Positions 40,827 through 50,909 of a stretch of DNA of 64,000 bases are shown here, in pieces. The notes under the pieces were generated by a model. That model had not been told where the DNA came from and did not search any database. It saw only the letters and a list, made by a program, of their open reading frames with translations. The translations under genes were made by a program, and so were the position numbers. Origin of the DNA: Candidatus Methylomirabilia bacterium (GTDB taxonomy: Bacteria; Methylomirabilota; Methylomirabilia; Rokubacteriales; CSP1-6); assembly GCA_046758965.1 (NCBI GenBank), contig JBHIBG010000001.1:32001-96000 (forward strand), read 5' to 3'. Every line of letters begins with the position of its first letter. Within the stretch, counting starts at the first letter, position 1.

Positions 40827-41618
40827 TCACACCGACTTGCCGGGCCCGGACTCTGAGTGGTAGTGGGCTTCCCGCCTCTCGTCCCAGGCGCGGTTAGCCG
40901 TGGCCAGCTCCCATGAGGCCAGGCACTCGTTTTGGGCCTGGATGATCTCCTCGATCACCGCTCTCGGATCGACGTGCAGCGACCGGAAGAGGAGCCGCTT
41001 GGTATGCCGCGTGGCGGTGGGGGCCGCCTGCATGGCTTTGTCGGCGATTCCGGCCAGAGCCCCTTCGAGCTCCTCGGGTGGGACGACCCAGTTGAGCAGC
41101 CCGATGGCCTTGGCCTCTTCAGACGAAATATTGTCGTTCAGCAAGGCCAGCTCCTTGGCGCGTCCGATCCCCACCACCTGGGCGAGCCGGAGCACAGCCC
41201 CGTCGGGGATCAGCCCATGCCGGGTGGCGCCCAGGCCCACCGCGCAGTCGTTTGTCGCAAGCCTCACATCGCAGGCCAAGGCAAGCTGGAGCCCTCCGCC
41301 GAGGCAGTAGCCGTGGAGCACCGCGACAGTCACCTCCCCCATGTCCTCCAGGCAGTTGAGCGCTCGGATCCAGTGCCGGAAGAACGGCTCGCCGATCTCG
41401 CCGCCGGAGAGGGCGGTCCGGTCAATCCCCGAGGAGAACGACGACCCGACGCCTCGGACCACCACGACGTGGACATCGGGATCCTTGGCGGCGGCCTCTG
41501 CAGCATCAGCCAGCTTCGCGGCCAGACTGGTATTGAGCGCGTTGAGACGCTTCGGGCGGTTCAGGGTGATGCAGGCCACCCCATCCCGGACCTCGTAGAG
41601 AACGCTTGGCGCGCTCAT
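40827..41618 (-). CDS. Crotonase-superfamily protein lacking both catalytic Glu residues (PaaG-like)
   Basis: TLNRPKRLNAL, FSSGID, GGGLQL, GLIPDG. Confidence 0.88.
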   Translation of the reverse strand: MSAPSVLYEVRDGVACITLNRPKRLNALNTSLAAKLADAAEAAAKDPDVHVVVVRGVGSSFSSGIDRTALSGGEIGEPFFRHWIRALNCLEDMGEVTVAVLHGYCLGGGLQLALACDVRLATNDCAVGLGATRHGLIPDGAVLRLAQVVGIGRAKELALLNDNISSEEAKAIGLLNWVVPPEELEGALAGIADKAMQAAPTATRHTKRLLFRSLHVDPRAVIEEIIQAQNECLASWELATANRAWDERREAHYHSESGPGKSV

Positions 41619-41714
41619 GTCTCGATGGATTTGCCTCGCCGGCATCATTATACCGGCATCGCGCTCGGACGCGAGGACGATGCCGATCCTGGTGGCTTCT
41701 GTGGCGGTGGGGTA

Positions 41715-43055
41715 CTAGCCGCCTTGCCGCGGGAGGGTCATCTTCACAGGTTCGGTCGGCGTGCCGGCCCTCCGGACCAGTCGTTTGGCCTTGAGCTCGT
41801 ACCGGGGCAGGCTCTTGGCTGGGACAGGAACCACCTCGATCCGGATTCCGAGCTGGCTGCGGAGACGTCCCTGAATCTCCCGGGCTGTCTGACCGGGGGT
41901 GTCGTTCAACTCGACGAGGAGCCGCACCTCGTCGAGTTCGGCCTGTTTGGACACCTCGATCAGGAACTCCTCAACCACCGGGAACTGGCGCACGATGCTC
42001 TCGATGGCCGAGGGGAAGACGTTCACGCCCCTCACGATCAGCATGTCGTCGATCCGCCCTAGGATCCCACCCTCGAGCCGGAGGGAGCTCCGACCGCAGG
42101 CACAGGGGGAGGTGGCGAGCCGAACCCGGTCGCCGGAGCGGTAGCGAAACACCGGGGAGCCGGTCCGCCCGAGGTTGGTCAGCACCAGCTCGCCTTCGGG
42201 AGCGGGGGCCTTTGTGAGAGGATCAATCACCTCCGCGATGAACTCCGTCTCGCTCACGTGCAGGCCAGCCTGAGCAACGCACTCGAAGCCGTACGCGCCT
42301 ACCTCGGTCATCCCGGCATGGTCAAAGGCCTTGGCGCGCCACCCCTGCTCGATCTGGCCGCGCACGGCCGGGATCCCCGCCCCTGCCTCCCCGGCGTGGA
42401 CCGTGATCCGGATCGGAAGCCGGGCCAGGTCGAGCCCGCGCTCGCGCCCCACGCTCAAGAGGTGAAGGGCGTACGATGGCGTGCAGACGAGGACCGTGGC
42501 CCCGAGCGCCTCCATCGAGTTCAGGCGGGTGAGGGAGTCCTGACCGCCTCCGGGGATGACGAGGGCCCCCAGCTCCCGTGCGCCTTCGAAGCCCGCCCAA
42601 AAGCCGACGAAAAGGCCGAACGAGAACGGGAAGAAGACGCGGTCCTCCGGGCCCACTCCAGCGCCTCGGAGCACGAACTGCCAGCACCGCATCCACCAAC
42701 CCCACGAGGCCCGGGTGTCTAGCCAGCGGATTGGCTGGCCGGTGGTGCCCGAGGTCTGATGGACCCGGACGTAGCGCTCCAGGGGGTAGGTGAGATTGGT
42801 TCCGAACGGAGGGTGCGCGGCCTGGTCGGCCACCAGCTCAGCCTTGGTCGTGAAGGGCAAGCGGAGGAACTCCTGCCAGCCGGGCAGGTCCGCCGCCGAG
42901 GAGAGCCCCGCGGCCTTCCATTTGTTTGCCAGGAACGAGTTGGCCGGGAAGACCTCCCGCGCAAGGGTGGTGAGACGTTCCCACTGGAGCGCCAGGAGGC
43001 GCTCGCGGGGAAGGGTCTCCAGCCCCCGATCGAAGAATGGAACCTCAGCGCTCAT
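41715..43055 (-). CDS. Phenylacetate--CoA ligase family protein
   Basis: TSGTTGQP, CTPSY, AGMTE, RYRSGD, GRIDDMLIVRGVNVFP. Confidence 0.92.
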   Translation of the reverse strand: MSAEVPFFDRGLETLPRERLLALQWERLTTLAREVFPANSFLANKWKAAGLSSAADLPGWQEFLRLPFTTKAELVADQAAHPPFGTNLTYPLERYVRVHQTSGTTGQPIRWLDTRASWGWWMRCWQFVLRGAGVGPEDRVFFPFSFGLFVGFWAGFEGARELGALVIPGGGQDSLTRLNSMEALGATVLVCTPSYALHLLSVGRERGLDLARLPIRITVHAGEAGAGIPAVRGQIEQGWRAKAFDHAGMTEVGAYGFECVAQAGLHVSETEFIAEVIDPLTKAPAPEGELVLTNLGRTGSPVFRYRSGDRVRLATSPCACGRSSLRLEGGILGRIDDMLIVRGVNVFPSAIESIVRQFPVVEEFLIEVSKQAELDEVRLLVELNDTPGQTAREIQGRLRSQLGIRIEVVPVPAKSLPRYELKAKRLVRRAGTPTEPVKMTLPRQGG

Positions 43056-43101
43056 GCTCGGGTGAAGATGAGTGCCGCCAACGGAGCCAGGAGCCCAGGA
43101 C

Positions 43102-43647
43102 CTATCCCAGAATGACCCACAGCGCCTTGGCCCGGCGCGGGCCGAGGTTTTCCCAGGTGTGGGGGAGACCGCCGTCTACGACGGCGCTGTCGCCTGCCCG
43201 GAGCAGATGCCGGCTCCCGTTGTAGTGGAGGGCCACTCGCCCCTCGATCACGTAGAACAGCTTCATCTGACCGGGCGCGATGATGACCTTGTCCGTTTTG
43301 ACGCCCTGCGCCTTGCGCGCGATGGTGGACACCACCGCGCGGATCTTTCCCTGAAAAAGTCCTGTCCCCAGGAGCTGCCATGTCTCACTGCTGCCGTCGA
43401 ACGAGACCTGTGGATAGTCAGCCTTCCGGCTCACGTGGATCTGTCCGTCACGCTTCGTCTCGAAGAGCGAGGCGATCGGGACGCCCAGGCTTGCGGCCAG
43501 CTTGCCCAGGGTGTGAAGCGACGGTGTGAGGCGTCCCGACTCGATCTGCGAGACCATGCTCGGGGTGAGACCAGACTTCTCGGCCAGCTGCCGCTGCTGG
43601 AGCCCCCGCTCCTGCCTGAGCACTCTGATCCGTTCACCGACCCTCAC
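43102..43647 (-). CDS. XRE-family HTH + cupin regulator
   Basis: IRVLR..RGL...LAEKSG...VSQIESG...PS, plus C-terminal cupin. Confidence 0.92.
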   Translation of the reverse strand: MRVGERIRVLRQERGLQQRQLAEKSGLTPSMVSQIESGRLTPSLHTLGKLAASLGVPIASLFETKRDGQIHVSRKADYPQVSFDGSSETWQLLGTGLFQGKIRAVVSTIARKAQGVKTDKVIIAPGQMKLFYVIEGRVALHYNGSRHLLRAGDSAVVDGGLPHTWENLGPRRAKALWVILG

Positions 43648-44678
43648 GAGGGCATTCCTCCCGCCTCCGTCTCTTCCACGCTTCGCGGCGAATCCGGCAG
43701 CCCGGCCAGGCGACGGAGCGCCCGTCTGACAAAGATCCGCGTCATCTTCTTCCGGTACGGATGCGTGAAGTCGGTGTTGTCCAGCGGCTTGGAAGGCCTG
43801 GCCGCCGCCTCCGCCGCCATCTCGATCAGCTCGGGCGTGAGGCGCTGGTTGGCCAGCAACGCCTGGGCGGCCGCCACCTCGCGGGGCTGGGCAGCCACCG
43901 CGCCCAGGACGATCTTGCCCGCTTCAACCCTCCCGTTGTCCATCCGGAGCGACACCGCCACGCCGAGCACCGGGAAGTCAAAGGAACCACGGCGACACAG
44001 CTTGAGGTAGGCCGAGCGGATCCCGTCAACCGGAGGCAGGAGAATCTCGGCCAGGATCTCGTCCGGCGCTTTGGTGAGGTAGGTGATGCCGTCATCCCGA
44101 TAGAGAGCCTGGATCGGGATGACCCGCTCGCCCTTTGGCCCCACCAACCGCACCCGAGCCCCGAGGCTCCAGAGGACCGGGGCGGTATCTGAGGACGAAA
44201 CCGCCCAGCAGCGGGAGCTTCCCGGGGCCACCAGGCAGATCTCACCGTCCTTCTTCATGCAGAAGCCGATCGCTTTCCGCCACTGGTAGGACTGGTTGTA
44301 GTAGTTGCAGCGTGTGTCCACGCAGATATTGCCGCCGAGCGTCGCCACGTTGCGGATCTGCGGGTTCGAGACCAGGCCTGCCGCGGTCGCGAGGGCCGGA
44401 AAATGCTCCCGGACCGCCGCGTGCTCGGAGAGTTGGGTGAGTGTCACGCCCGCGCCGATGACGAGCCCCGCGCTCGCCTCCCCGCTCAGGCCGCTGAGCT
44501 CACCCACCTTGCGGAGTCCCACCAGGACCCTCGGCTCGAACTGCCGCCGCTTCATGTTGGGGTAGAGATCGGTGCCCCCGGCCACCACCATGGCCCCGGG
44601 TCCGTGGTCGGCCACCATCCCAACCGCTTCCGCGAGGGAGCGCGGCGCGAGATACGTGAAGGGCGGCAGCCGCATCAT
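43644..44678 (-). CDS. 4-hydroxybenzoyl-CoA reductase beta-like FAD subunit (HcrB-like)
   Basis: AGGTDL, ATLGGN, and the four-Cys [4Fe-4S] insertion RCNYYNQS...FC...C...C. Confidence 0.85.
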   Translation of the reverse strand: MMRLPPFTYLAPRSLAEAVGMVADHGPGAMVVAGGTDLYPNMKRRQFEPRVLVGLRKVGELSGLSGEASAGLVIGAGVTLTQLSEHAAVREHFPALATAAGLVSNPQIRNVATLGGNICVDTRCNYYNQSYQWRKAIGFCMKKDGEICLVAPGSSRCWAVSSSDTAPVLWSLGARVRLVGPKGERVIPIQALYRDDGITYLTKAPDEILAEILLPPVDGIRSAYLKLCRRGSFDFPVLGVAVSLRMDNGRVEAGKIVLGAVAAQPREVAAAQALLANQRLTPELIEMAAEAAARPSKPLDNTDFTHPYRKKMTRIFVRRALRRLAGLPDSPRSVEETEAGGMPS

Positions 44679-44684
44679 GGCGTC

Positions 44685-47102
44685 TTACGCCCCCTCGGGC
44701 CCGCGCCGTCTTACCGACGGATCCGCGGGCTGGCCGAAGGCCGAGGCCACCTTGATCGGCTCCCGGAAGTCGAACAGCGGGAGCCTTTCGGGTCCCACGC
44801 GCGGGGGCTTGCCCTGGCGCCTCAGCCCGAGCGCCTTGAAGATCTTGTCAGGGGTGATGGGAACCTCGTCGATCCTGACGCCGACGGCGTCGGAGACCGC
44901 GTTGGCCACCGCTGGGCTGACCGGGAGCAATGGCCCCTGGCCTGCCTCCTTGGCTCCGAAGGGGCCTTCTGGATCAACGGTCTCCACCAGGATCGTCTGG
45001 ATCTCGGGCGTTTCCAGTGTGGTCGGGCTCTTGTACTCCAGCATGGAGGGGATCTTGTGGAGGCCTTTCCGGAACACCTGCTCCTCCATCAGTGCTTCGC
45101 CGAGCCCCATGTAAACTGACCCCTCCACCTGCCCCTCCGCCATGAGCGGGTTCAAGGCCCGCCCCACGTCATGGGCGATCCAGACCTTGTCCACTTTGAT
45201 CTCACCGGTCTCCGGGTCCACGCTCACCTCCACCGCGCAGGCGGAGTAGGAGTAGCACGGGGTCGGCCCGACGCCCGAGCCCTTGTATTGTGCTGCCCGC
45301 CGGGGCGGCGTGTAGGACCCCGTCGCCGCGAGAGTGCCGAACATGGACTCGGCCAGCACCGCCGCCTCGGCAAAGCTGACCCCCTTCTCCCGATCGTCCT
45401 TCGAACACACACGCCCGCGCCGGCACAGGAGTTCGGCGGGGGTCACCTCGAGCTTCTTGGCGGTTGCGTCAAGCAGCATGGCGCGGAGCCGCTCTGCGGC
45501 CTCGATCACGGCGTTGCCAGCCATGAGGGTCACCCGCGATGAGTACGAGCCCAGGTCCACCGGGGTCAGGTCGGTGTCGGCGGTCACGACCCGGATGTCC
45601 TTGGGTTCGATACCGAGGATCTCGGCCACGAGATAGGCGAGGACCGAATCCGAACCCTGGCCGATGTCGATGGCCCCTGAGAGCACAGCCACGCCGCCTC
45701 CCCGGTCGATCTTGACGATCGCCCCTGAATGGGGCATATCGTTCCAGTAGATGGCGAGCCCTGCTCCGGTGATGTAGCTCGAGCAGGCGAAGCCGATCCC
45801 CCTGCCGTACGGAAGCGCGCGGTGCTTCTGCCGCCACTCCGAGGCCTCGACCGCCCGGTCAATGCACTCCCTGAGCCCGCAACTCGTCACGGTCAGATGG
45901 TTGGCGGTCTTGGTGTACTCCTCCACCGCGATCCGCCGGCGCATCTCCGCCGGGTCGAAGCCGAGCTGTTCGGCGATCTTGTCCAGGTGGCACTCGATCG
46001 CGAAGCGGGGCTGCGGCGTGCCGTGGCCGCGCTTGGGGCCGCCGGGCGGCTTGTTGGTGAACGCCCGCATCCCCTCGAACTTGTAGACGGGCACCTTGTA
46101 GGTGACGGTCTGGAGCGCCCCGGTGTACAGGAGGGAAGCCACCCCGTAGGAGCCGTACGCGCCGCCGTCCAGGTACGAGCGGAAGTGCATCCCCAGGATG
46201 TCGCCGTCCTTGGTGACGCCGCTCTTCACCCACATCAGGACCGGGTGGCGGCCGCGGTGGCAGTAAAACACCTCCTCCCGCGTCAGCGCGACCTTCACCG
46301 GCCGGCCAGTGAGCTGGGCGAGCTTACACACGACGATCTCATGGCTGAAGGGATCCGTCTTGCCGCCGAACCCGCCGCCCACCGGGGTCGCGATGACGCG
46401 AATGTGGGCCGGAGGCATCTCGAGCACCTTGGCCAGGACGCGGTGGACGTAGTGCGGGGTCTGGGTGGAGGACCAGAGCGTCACCTTCCCCTCGGGGAAC
46501 CACTGGGCCACGGCGGCGTGCTGCTCCATCGGCAGGTGGGTGCTCCCCTCGTAATAGAAGACGTCCTCCCGGATGAGATCGGCCCTGCGGAAAGCCTCCT
46601 CTACGTTGCCGAACTCGAGCGAGACGGCCTTGTGGATATTGGGGCCGTCGCCGTACTCGTGGATGCGGGTCGTGTTCTGGGCCAGCGCCTCTTCGATGGA
46701 CATGATGGCGGGCAGGAGCTGGTATTCCACCTCGATCAGCTCGGTGGCCCGTTCTGCTGTCTCCTCGTCCACCGCCGCCACCGCGGCGACCGGATCGCCG
46801 ACGAAGCGCACTTTCTCCGTGCAGAGCGCTTCCTCGTCCTGGCTCACCGGCAAGATCCCGAACTTGACCGGCGGAAGGTCATGGCCACTGATGACGGCGT
46901 AGACTCCGTGCAGGGCCTTGGCGCGGGAGGGGTCGATCTTCCTGATGAGGGCGTGCGGGTGGGGGCTTCGAAGGATCTTGGCGTAGGCCATCCGCGGGAG
47001 GAACAGGTCGTCGGCAAAGCGCGTGTCACCGGTCACCTTCCCCCACGCGTCCACTTTGGGGAGCGGCTGGCCGATGACCGAAAGGTGTCCCTTCCCGTTC
47101 AT
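44685..47102 (-). CDS. 4-hydroxybenzoyl-CoA reductase alpha-like molybdopterin subunit (HcrA-like)
   Basis: GGGFGGK, RGHG loop, DLGSYSSRVT, EGPFGAKE. Confidence 0.85.
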   Translation of the reverse strand: MNGKGHLSVIGQPLPKVDAWGKVTGDTRFADDLFLPRMAYAKILRSPHPHALIRKIDPSRAKALHGVYAVISGHDLPPVKFGILPVSQDEEALCTEKVRFVGDPVAAVAAVDEETAERATELIEVEYQLLPAIMSIEEALAQNTTRIHEYGDGPNIHKAVSLEFGNVEEAFRRADLIREDVFYYEGSTHLPMEQHAAVAQWFPEGKVTLWSSTQTPHYVHRVLAKVLEMPPAHIRVIATPVGGGFGGKTDPFSHEIVVCKLAQLTGRPVKVALTREEVFYCHRGRHPVLMWVKSGVTKDGDILGMHFRSYLDGGAYGSYGVASLLYTGALQTVTYKVPVYKFEGMRAFTNKPPGGPKRGHGTPQPRFAIECHLDKIAEQLGFDPAEMRRRIAVEEYTKTANHLTVTSCGLRECIDRAVEASEWRQKHRALPYGRGIGFACSSYITGAGLAIYWNDMPHSGAIVKIDRGGGVAVLSGAIDIGQGSDSVLAYLVAEILGIEPKDIRVVTADTDLTPVDLGSYSSRVTLMAGNAVIEAAERLRAMLLDATAKKLEVTPAELLCRRGRVCSKDDREKGVSFAEAAVLAESMFGTLAATGSYTPPRRAAQYKGSGVGPTPCYSYSACAVEVSVDPETGEIKVDKVWIAHDVGRALNPLMAEGQVEGSVYMGLGEALMEEQVFRKGLHKIPSMLEYKSPTTLETPEIQTILVETVDPEGPFGAKEAGQGPLLPVSPAVANAVSDAVGVRIDEVPITPDKIFKALGLRRQGKPPRVGPERLPLFDFREPIKVASAFGQPADPSVRRRGPEGA

Positions 47103-47112
47103 CTCCGCCTCC

Positions 47113-47613
47113 TCACGCGCCGGCGCCCCCGTGCCCTCCGCCTGTCATCCTGAGCGAGGCCAGCTCGACGGCATCCAGGATCTTGGTATAGCCGGTGCAG
47201 CGGCAGAGGTTTCCCGCCAGCGCGGCCTTGATCTCCTCCCGCGTGGGCTTTGGAACGGCTGCGAGCAGGGCGTGGGCGGACAGCAGGATGCCGGGGATAC
47301 AGTAGCCGCACTGGGCGGCCCCGAGCTCGGCAAAGGCCTGCTGGACCGGGTGGAGGCGGCCGCCCTGGGCGAGGCCCTCCACGGTGACGATGGCTCGCCC
47401 CTCGAGCTCGATTGGGAGGGCCAGGCAGGAGAGAACCGGCTGGCCGTCCACCAGGACCGTGCAGGTCCCGCACTCCCCCAGTTCGCAGCCGTGCTTGGTC
47501 CCGATGAGCCCCAGCTCCTCCCGGAGCACCTCCAGGAGGGTCTTGTGAACGGGGGCGGCGACCTCGTGCTTTTCCCCGTTCACCGTGAGGTTCAGCAGCA
47601 GCTTGGCGTTCAT
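47113..47613 (-). CDS. 2x[2Fe-2S] subunit (HcrC-like)
   Basis: GTKHGCELGECGTC, QCGYC, NLCRCTGY. Confidence 0.92.
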   Translation of the reverse strand: MNAKLLLNLTVNGEKHEVAAPVHKTLLEVLREELGLIGTKHGCELGECGTCTVLVDGQPVLSCLALPIELEGRAIVTVEGLAQGGRLHPVQQAFAELGAAQCGYCIPGILLSAHALLAAVPKPTREEIKAALAGNLCRCTGYTKILDAVELASLRMTGGGHGGAGA

Positions 47614-47632
47614 TGGGAATGATTTAAGGTTC

Positions 47633-47661
47633 AGCGTAGATGAATCCCGAATTCCTGTCAA
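47633..47661 (-). promoter_or_regulatory. Sigma-70-like promoter of the hcr-like operon
   Basis: TTGACA-17-TACGCT on the - strand. Confidence 0.5.
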
Positions 47662-47689
47662 GAGGGCGCAGAGGCGGGCTCCGCCCGAC

Positions 47690-48982
47690 TCAAGAGGTCG
47701 TGCTCCGGAGGTCTCGCACGCGCTGGGCTTTGCCGGCGCTACGCTCCAGGGTCTTGGGGGGGAGGATGGTCACCTCGACCGTGAGCCCCAGCACGTCGTG
47801 AAGCCGCCGGCGGAGTCGGCTCCCTAGCTCCTCCACCGCCCCGGACGCCTCCGGGGCCGGCTCCACCTGGACCTCCAGCGCATCCAACGCCCGCTCCCGC
47901 CGCACCACGAGGACGTAGTGCGGCGCCACCCCCGGGGTCTCCACGAGGACGTGCTCCACCTGCGAGGGAAACACGTTCACCCCCCGGATAATGAGCATGT
48001 CGTCGGTCCGCCCCATGATCCTTCCGATCCGGCGGAGCGTTCTCCCGCAGGGGCATGGACCCGGCAGCTCCTGCGAGAGGTCTCGCGTCCGGTAGCGGAG
48101 GAGCGGCAGAGCTTCCTTGCTCAGCGTGGTGAAGACCAGCTCTCCCGGGGTGCCGGGGGGGAGCGGGGCGAGAGTCTCCGGATCGATCACCTCCGGAAGG
48201 AAGTGATCCTCGTGGATGTGCAGCCCCTTCTTCTCCAGGCATTCCCCCCCCACCCCAGGCCCGATGACCTCCGAGAGACCGTAGGCGTTCAGCGCCGTCA
48301 GGCCGAGGCGGGCCTCGATCTGACCCCGCATCGCCTCGGTCCAGGGCTCGGCGCCGAAGAAGCCCACCCGAAGCCGAAGCTCCCCGCGGCTGATCCCCGC
48401 GTCGGCCAGCGCCTCAGCCAGGTGGAGGCTGTAGGAAGGCGTGCAGCAGAGGACCGTGGAGCCGAAATCGCGGATGGCTATGAGCTGGCGGTCGGTGAAC
48501 CCTCCCGAGAGCGGGATGACGGTGGCCCCGATTCGCTCGGCACCGTAGTGGAAGCCGAGACCACCCGTGAAGAGGCCGTAGCCGTACGCGTTCTGGACCA
48601 CGTCCTCGTGGCTCACGCCTCCTGCGATCAGGGTCCGCGCCATGACCTCACTCCAGAGCTCGAGGTCCCCCCTGGTGTAGGCCACCACGATCGGCTTGCC
48701 TGTCGTCCCCGAGGAGGCATGGAGCCTCACCACCTCGTTCAACGGAGCTGCGAGAAGCCCGAAGGGGTAGTGGTCCCTGAGATCAGCCTTCTGGGTGAAG
48801 GGAAGTCGCCTGACGTCCTCGAGGGAGTGGATGCCCTCGGAACGGACCCCGGCCGCGTCCAGCCGCTCACGGTAGAACGGCACCCACTGGTACGCCCGGC
48901 GGACGACCTCGCGGAGCCGGTCGAGTTGAAGCTGCTCAAGCTCCTCCCGGGGAATTCGTTCCACATCGCGGACTCTCGCCAT
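47690..48982 (-). CDS. paaK: Phenylacetate--CoA ligase
   Basis: HASSGTTGKP, YGYGLFTGGLG.HYGAE, GAEPW, YGLSE, RYRTRD. Confidence 0.9.
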   Translation of the reverse strand: MARVRDVERIPREELEQLQLDRLREVVRRAYQWVPFYRERLDAAGVRSEGIHSLEDVRRLPFTQKADLRDHYPFGLLAAPLNEVVRLHASSGTTGKPIVVAYTRGDLELWSEVMARTLIAGGVSHEDVVQNAYGYGLFTGGLGFHYGAERIGATVIPLSGGFTDRQLIAIRDFGSTVLCCTPSYSLHLAEALADAGISRGELRLRVGFFGAEPWTEAMRGQIEARLGLTALNAYGLSEVIGPGVGGECLEKKGLHIHEDHFLPEVIDPETLAPLPPGTPGELVFTTLSKEALPLLRYRTRDLSQELPGPCPCGRTLRRIGRIMGRTDDMLIIRGVNVFPSQVEHVLVETPGVAPHYVLVVRRERALDALEVQVEPAPEASGAVEELGSRLRRRLHDVLGLTVEVTILPPKTLERSAGKAQRVRDLRSTTS

Positions 48983-49213
48983 GGCGGTCATCCCTCCTGT
49001 ATCTTCATCTTGCACACCGAGAACCGCCGCTGCAGCCCGAGCCTAGCAAATACCTCCGTAACCCCCCGCGTTCGAGGTGTGCGGGCAGCACGGGATGGAA
49101 TCCGGAGAGAACCGGGGAGCTTGCCACGAAGCGCCTCGAGAGAGAAAAACGGGGGCTGGAGCTGGAATGAGGAGATCGCGACTCGGTCTTGCTCGGCTAG
49201 GGCGCGCGCCCGA

Positions 49214-50140
49214 TCATTCAAAGAAATCCGCGGCATCAATCCCCCGCTCCGCGAGGAGACGGCGGATCTTCTTGATCCCGGCGTCCTCGATCTGGCGGAC
49301 CCGCTCTCGCGTGAGGCCGAGGCGGCGCCCGATGGCCCCGAGTCTCATCGGCTCCTGGCCATTGAGTCCAAAGCGGAGGCGGAGCACGATCCGCTCGTTC
49401 TCGTTGAGAGCATCGAGGAGCCTCGCCAGGTCCGCCCGCTCCTTGAGCAGCGTCCTGAGGAGTTTGGAGGAGGTGGCGGGGCGATCTTCTAACAGATCGC
49501 GGAGCATCCCCTTTTGGTCCTCGCCCACGGGCGCTTCTAGGGAGACCGGACGCTGGCGGACCTCTTCAAGCTCGGCGAGCTGCCCAGCGGGAATGTCCAT
49601 GGCCTGCGCCATCTCCTCGAGGCTGGGAGGCCGGCCGAGCCGCTGGGTGAGCGCTTCCCGCTCTCGGTGGTAGCGTGCCAGCAGCGCTCCCACGTGCACC
49701 GGCAGGCGGATCGTCCGGGCCTGATTGGCCAGGGCGCGAGCGATCGCATGGCGGATCCACCACGTGGCGTAGGTCGAAAGGCGGGTTCCCTTGTCCAGGC
49801 GGAACCCTCGCACCGCCCGGAGCAGCCCGAGATTGCCTTCTTCGATCAGGTCAGGGAGCGGAAGCCCGCGGTTCACATAGCGCTTGGCGAGCTTGAACAC
49901 CAGCCGGAGGTTGGCTTCCACCATCCGCCGCTCAGCTTCGGGGTCTCCCGCCTGCGCGCGGAGCGCCAGCTCCCGCTCCTCCTCGGGGGTAAGCAGCGGG
50001 ATCCGGGAGATCTCCTTGACATACGTCCCGAGGATCGACGGAGTCTCACCCTGGGGTTCTTGGAGGACCTCCGCGTCGACTGTCTCGAGAAAGTCCCCCA
50101 CGGGCTCTCTGTCGTGGACCGGCGGCTCGTCAGGATTCAA
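49214..50140 (-). CDS. Sigma-70 family factor, RpoS-like
   Basis: Region 1.2 YVKEISRIPLL, DLIEEGNLGL, STYATWWIR, TRERVRQIE; surE-pcm synteny; start uncertain. Confidence 0.88.
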   Translation of the reverse strand: MNPDEPPVHDREPVGDFLETVDAEVLQEPQGETPSILGTYVKEISRIPLLTPEEERELALRAQAGDPEAERRMVEANLRLVFKLAKRYVNRGLPLPDLIEEGNLGLLRAVRGFRLDKGTRLSTYATWWIRHAIARALANQARTIRLPVHVGALLARYHREREALTQRLGRPPSLEEMAQAMDIPAGQLAELEEVRQRPVSLEAPVGEDQKGMLRDLLEDRPATSSKLLRTLLKERADLARLLDALNENERIVLRLRFGLNGQEPMRLGAIGRRLGLTRERVRQIEDAGIKKIRRLLAERGIDAADFFE

Positions 50141-50435
50141 ACTCGGCAAACCGGACCCCAAAGGACGTGAACCGTCCGGTTGGAAGGCGCCACGTGAGAG
50201 AGACCTTCTCCACGCGAGCCAGTGGCGGGCCTTTCTCCAGCTCCCGGACCAGCTCCTCGATGACCTCCCGCGGGCCCTCCACGCGCACCCGGACCCGTCC
50301 ATCCGCGAGGTTCATGACGTAGCCGCTGAGGCCCCAATGGGCCGCCCTGCGGAGGACGAAGTCTCGGTACCCTACCCCTTGCACGAACCCTTCGACCAAG
50401 AGCTCGGCTGCCGTGCGGGGTCCCGACGCGCTCAT
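50130..50435 (-). CDS. acyP: Acylphosphatase
   Basis: VQGVGYR, GYVMNLADGRV, GPPLARV. Confidence 0.92.
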   Translation of the reverse strand: MSASGPRTAAELLVEGFVQGVGYRDFVLRRAAHWGLSGYVMNLADGRVRVRVEGPREVIEELVRELEKGPPLARVEKVSLTWRLPTGRFTSFGVRFAEFES

Positions 50436-50899
50436 CTCGGCTTGACATGCGCGCGCTCGGCCCAAGAGAGGGCTAGGGCCACGGCTTCATCCGGAGAGTC
50501 GGCCCTCGCGACACCGTCCAGGTGGCCCCAGCTCTGGAGTCCCACCACCGGGATTCCCATCTTGAGAGCCAAAGCCACCTCGGAGAGGGTCCCGTACTCG
50601 CCGGGGAGCGCGATCACGGCATGCGACGATCGGACCACCACGGCGTTTCGGGCGTGGCCAAGGTCGGTGACAATAGCAATGTCTGTGAAGGGGTTGGCAT
50701 CACGGTGGGTGGGCCCGGGGAGGATCCCGACCGTGAGTCCTCCGGCGGCCCGTGCGCCCCGCGCTGCAGCCTCCATGACGCCGCCGAGCCCGCCTGACAC
50801 CAGCGTGGCCCCCGCCGCGGCTACCCCCTTTCCCACCGCTTCGGCCAGGTCGCTCACCTGTTCAGAGCACTGACTCGCTCCCACAACGCCGATCTGCCA
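50432..50899 (-). CDS. TIGR00725 / SLOG (LOG-like) family protein, start codon unclear
   Basis: IGVVG, GGLGGVMEAA, GILPG, ARN, GEYGTLSE; the nearest ATG (50900) is one base out of frame. Confidence 0.85.
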   Translation of the reverse strand, partial: WQIGVVGASQCSEQVSDLAEAVGKGVAAAGATLVSGGLGGVMEAAARGARAAGGLTVGILPGPTHRDANPFTDIAIVTDLGHARNAVVVRSSHAVIALPGEYGTLSEVALALKMGIPVVGLQSWGHLDGVARADSPDEAVALALSWAERAHVKPR

Positions 50900-50909
50900 T
50901 GAGAGAAAT

